A stretch of 63,449 nt of DNA, filler included, from Gemmatimonadota bacterium (GTDB lineage: Bacteria > 4572-55 > J002): NCBI GenBank assembly GCA_003697105.1. It is 7 parts of 7 records of this genome, joined end to end, with 100 filler letters (N's around TTAATTAATTAA, not from the genome) between each part and the next. Parts side by side here need not be neighbours in the genome. Positions count along the whole stretch, not along the records: positions 60,941 to 63,449 come from RFFQ01000194.1; 6 more parts are not named here. One strand, written 5' to 3'. The stretch's first letter is position 1, and each line of letters starts with the position of its first letter. Below the pieces are notes generated by a model. The model did not search any database, was not told where the DNA came from, and saw only the letters and a list, made by a program, of their open reading frames with translations. The position numbers and the translations under genes were made by a program. Below, one piece after another: positions 60,941 through 63,449 of this stretch.

Positions 60941-61438
60941 ATGCGAATCGGTGTGATCTCAGACACCCATGATCATGTGGTCAATATCCGCAAGGCAATG
61001 CACATTTTTAAGCAGGAACGGGTTGAACGGATTTTGCATTGCGGGGATCATATTGCCCCGTTTTGTGTGCCCCTCTATGCGACCGCCGGTATTCCCATCA
61101 TCGCGATTTACGGTAACAATGATGGAGAACGGCACGGATTACTGCTTCAATTTCAGGAATTGGAAAATGCGACACTCCACCAATTTCGCCCGCACGGCTT
61201 GGAACTGGGCGGGCGCAAAATTTTGATGATGCACGAAGGCAATTTTTTGGAAGATTTTATCCACTGCGGGGAATATGACCTGATCTTATACGGGCATGAC
61301 CATCAAAAGTGTATCCGGCAGGAGAAAAACTGTCTGATTATCAATCCGGGTGAAGCCTGCGGCTATTTGACCCAAACAGCAACGGTCGCTATTGTGGATT
61401 TGTCGCAGATGGTGGCGGAGTTTAAGGTGATCTATTAG
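60941..61438 (+). CDS. YfcE/MJ0936 family metallophosphoesterase
   Basis: ISDTHD, HCGD, GNND, YGHDH, INPGE. Confidence 0.9.
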   Translation: MRIGVISDTHDHVVNIRKAMHIFKQERVERILHCGDHIAPFCVPLYATAGIPIIAIYGNNDGERHGLLLQFQELENATLHQFRPHGLELGGRKILMMHEGNFLEDFIHCGEYDLILYGHDHQKCIRQEKNCLIINPGEACGYLTQTATVAIVDLSQMVAEFKVIY

Positions 61439-61458
61439 CCTGTTCCGCTACCCACTAT

Positions 61459-61532
61459 CCATAACAAGTGCGTAAGAATAAAGCCCACATTGAACAGATT
61501 CAATGACGTCGAACGACCTGCACTTGTTATGC
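61459..61532 (-). mobile_element. attC-like site, last in the array
   Basis: Minus strand GCATAACAAGTGC...GCACTTGTTATGG with an internal hairpin, just after the stop of 61536-61802. Confidence 0.7.
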
Positions 61533-61535
61533 CGC

Positions 61536-61802
61536 CTATGGGCTTGAATGCCGACCTTTCTTAATAACCGAGCTTACAATATTGTGTGCCTCAACGAGAT
61601 ATTCGTTAAAATCAGAGATGTTTTTGTGTGTAATCCCAATCTGGTATTCTACGCCCCCACGATGCTGGTGACTCAAGTACATATTTCTTTTTACTTCATT
61701 GTTGGACAGCACCCAGTAAAGTATCTTATCCGCCCATACGCCAATGAGAACAAAAACGTCGCCTATATCACGCTTCAACTGAAGGAGCAACTGTTCCTGC
61801 AA
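61536..61802 (-). CDS. Gene-cassette hypothetical protein (possibly 5'-truncated)
   Basis: ORF between attC-like sites; cassette start GTTATGCCGC is complementary to its end GCGGCATAAC. Confidence 0.55.
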   Translation of the reverse strand: MQEQLLLQLKRDIGDVFVLIGVWADKILYWVLSNNEVKRNMYLSHQHRGGVEYQIGITHKNISDFNEYLVEAHNIVSSVIKKGRHSSP

Positions 61803-61833
61803 TTATTGAATGATGTGGCAATACATTTTAGCG

Positions 61834-61902
61834 GCATAACTTTTTATCGATAAGCAGGAAGTAGCTCAGCGGGACGCCGTCTGCGGCATGTTGTTGTTAG
61901 GG
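61834..61902 (-). mobile_element. Degenerate or hybrid attC site
   Basis: Minus strand CCCTAACAA (overlapping the MTase stop) ... AAAAAGTTATGC; the arms pair poorly. Confidence 0.6.
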
Positions 61903-62568
61903 TACAGGCTTTTCGACGATGAATACGAGAAAAGGCCACAGTGGAACTCCGATTTTCTTTGAAAACAGGACCTTTCCACCAGCAATCTTCAATACCGAGA
62001 GAACCTCAACCGATCTGCACCCCATCGAAAGCCGAGGGAAACGCCACGCCCAATCCTCAACGCGAGCCGCAAGCCACTTTGCAATCGGGTTCTTGGGTTC
62101 TGTTGAATGCGCAACGCCAATCTTGCCTCCCGGCTTGGTCACACGATAAAGCTCTAACGCTCCTTTCCTCGGATCGTAGAGGGAACACATACTGTAGGTT
62201 GAAAGGACAACGTCAAATTCATCGTTGGCGAAGGGCAAATGAACGATATCACCGGTTATAAAGTGGACCTTATCCTCCAATCCCGCTTCAATGACCTTTT
62301 GCCGTGCTACGGTAAGCATGGCATCACTGAGATCAAACAGAGTGACCTTGCCATCCGGGCCGACTTTTTTCGCGGCCAATAGCCCGGTTGCCCCGGTACC
62401 CGACCCGCAATCCAATACCTTGTCACCGGCGCTTACCAACTTATCCACAAGTAGCTTTCTGCCCCTTTGGTCGGCTCCCACCGTGATAAGTCCATGCTGG
62501 AAATCATACCTTAGCGCGATGCTTGCGTAAATGTCTTTTAGTTCCTTTACTTCAAGGGGTTGGCGCAC
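61897..62568 (-). CDS. Class I SAM-dependent methyltransferase (UbiE/COQ5-like), gene cassette
   Basis: VLDCGSGTG, FDLSDAML, GDIVHLPF, RVTKPGG; GGAGG RBS just after the attC R' box. Confidence 0.88.
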   Translation of the reverse strand: MRQPLEVKELKDIYASIALRYDFQHGLITVGADQRGRKLLVDKLVSAGDKVLDCGSGTGATGLLAAKKVGPDGKVTLFDLSDAMLTVARQKVIEAGLEDKVHFITGDIVHLPFANDEFDVVLSTYSMCSLYDPRKGALELYRVTKPGGKIGVAHSTEPKNPIAKWLAARVEDWAWRFPRLSMGCRSVEVLSVLKIAGGKVLFSKKIGVPLWPFLVFIVEKPVP

Positions 62569-62589
62569 TCGATTCCTCCTCTCGTTGGA

Positions 62590-62683
62590 ACCTAACAGCG
62601 CAAATCACCGGCAGACAAAAGCTACGTCGCTCGTTCCTCACTCTGCATCTTTTGTCTGTCCAAGTGCATTTGTCTTGTTAGGC
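62590..62683 (-). mobile_element. Canonical attC recombination site
   Basis: Minus strand R'' GCCTAAC-N5-L'' AAATGCAC ... L' GTGATTT-N5-R' GTTAGGT, one extra base in L'', inner stem CAGACAAAAG/CTTTTGTCTG. Confidence 0.9.
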
Positions 62684-62714
62684 GCTTTTTGTCTCGTTTC
62701 TATTTTTATGCAAT

Positions 62715-63194
62715 TCAACTGGTCTTTGCTTTGTAGTGACGCCAAATTGTGAACGGGGGTACCACGATAAATCCTGACCCAACAACCCATAGAAGCAATG
62801 GCACAAACCACAGTTCGGCAAATGTATTAATAACAACATGTTCTGGATTTTTCGGATCATAAATCACCTCAATCCGATCTCCACCATCACATATGCTCTG
62901 CAACACATCTGTATTATCTATTTTCCCTTCAACAACAAATGTCTCACCAGTTCTCGTTTTAAACTGAACGATGGGAACAACAAACATATCTTTCATATTT
63001 GACGCACTAGTACCACGCTGTTCGTAGCGAAGAAGAACGCCCTCAGTCTTCAAACCTTGTTTTCTGACTGACTGAATATCATTGTAAAAATATGTACCAA
63101 AATAGACCGATACGATACCAACCATCATAAATATTACGGCAGCTAATACCGCTATGAGAATCTCACTACCATGTTGTTCTGATTGTTTCATCAA
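62715..63194 (-). CDS. DUF3592-like two-TM membrane protein, gene cassette
   Basis: TM...TEGVLLRY...PIVQFKT..GE...GDRIEVIYDPKNP...TM; followed by an attC. Confidence 0.75.
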   Translation of the reverse strand: MMKQSEQHGSEILIAVLAAVIFMMVGIVSVYFGTYFYNDIQSVRKQGLKTEGVLLRYEQRGTSASNMKDMFVVPIVQFKTRTGETFVVEGKIDNTDVLQSICDGGDRIEVIYDPKNPEHVVINTFAELWFVPLLLWVVGSGFIVVPPFTIWRHYKAKTS

Positions 63195-63378
63195 ATGCCC
63201 TGTCGCTTTTTATACACACCCAGCGAGGTCTATGTTATCGAGTGAAGTGTTCCGTCCGTTATAGTGGCGGTTACGTCACCGTTTGACACAAACGCTCCAC
63301 CCTTGACCGACCCATGGTATCCGATTTTTATTGAGGTGTCAACCCAATTTTCCCTCAATCTGAAAGGAGTCCATTGTT

Positions 63379-63449
63379 ATGAATCTGAAATCGTATGATC
63401 AACTGGCAGACAAACGTCATCAGCTGTCTGGTTTTTACATTGTCGGAAT
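63379..63449 (+). mobile_element. 5' end of a probable IS110-family transposase
   Basis: AAAGGAG RBS; MNLKSYDQLADKRHQLSGFYIVG(I) fits the start of the DEDD RuvC-like motif (IVGID); only 23 full codons are visible. Confidence 0.45.

Overview
Seven unrelated contigs joined by artificial 100-nt N/TTAATTAATTAA linkers, so adjacency across a linker means nothing. The source is a diderm bacterium; PorV-like barrels, FlgD/T9SS-type C-terminal domains and dockerin-like tails suggest an FCB-group lineage (inference). Contig 1: extended arsenic/metal resistance cluster (arsR, arsM, ArsP-type permease, TauE, FmdE, CDF, thioredoxins, CcdA, arsC, acr3), then putP and partial serA. Contig 2: type IV minor-pilin operon with very large adhesin-pilins. 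Contig 3: serine hydrolase, ligA, an apparently inactive CHAT protein, M48 peptidase, tRNA-Pro and a degenerate MshEN-PilB ATPase. Contig 4: four-gene operon encoding a PorV-like barrel/pseudo-transglutaminase/TPR protein, a membrane-anchored TPR-STAND ATPase with an inserted receiver-like domain, a STAND ATPase-Ser/Thr kinase and PhzF. This is the best candidate for a novel trans-envelope NLR-like signalling system. Contig 5: sdpR-sdpI, GT2, a YcfL/COG3014/tandem LpoB cluster, a secreted cyclophilin-FG-GAP protein, dnaG-rpoD, DUF2723 and Crp/Fnr. Contig 6: IS-interrupted integron integrase 3' end, a propeller-SpoIIE sensor and a SPOUT methyltransferase. Contig 7: integron cassette array (three attC-type sites) abutting a probable IS110-family element. 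Family assignments come from motif recognition by eye; no database searches were run.
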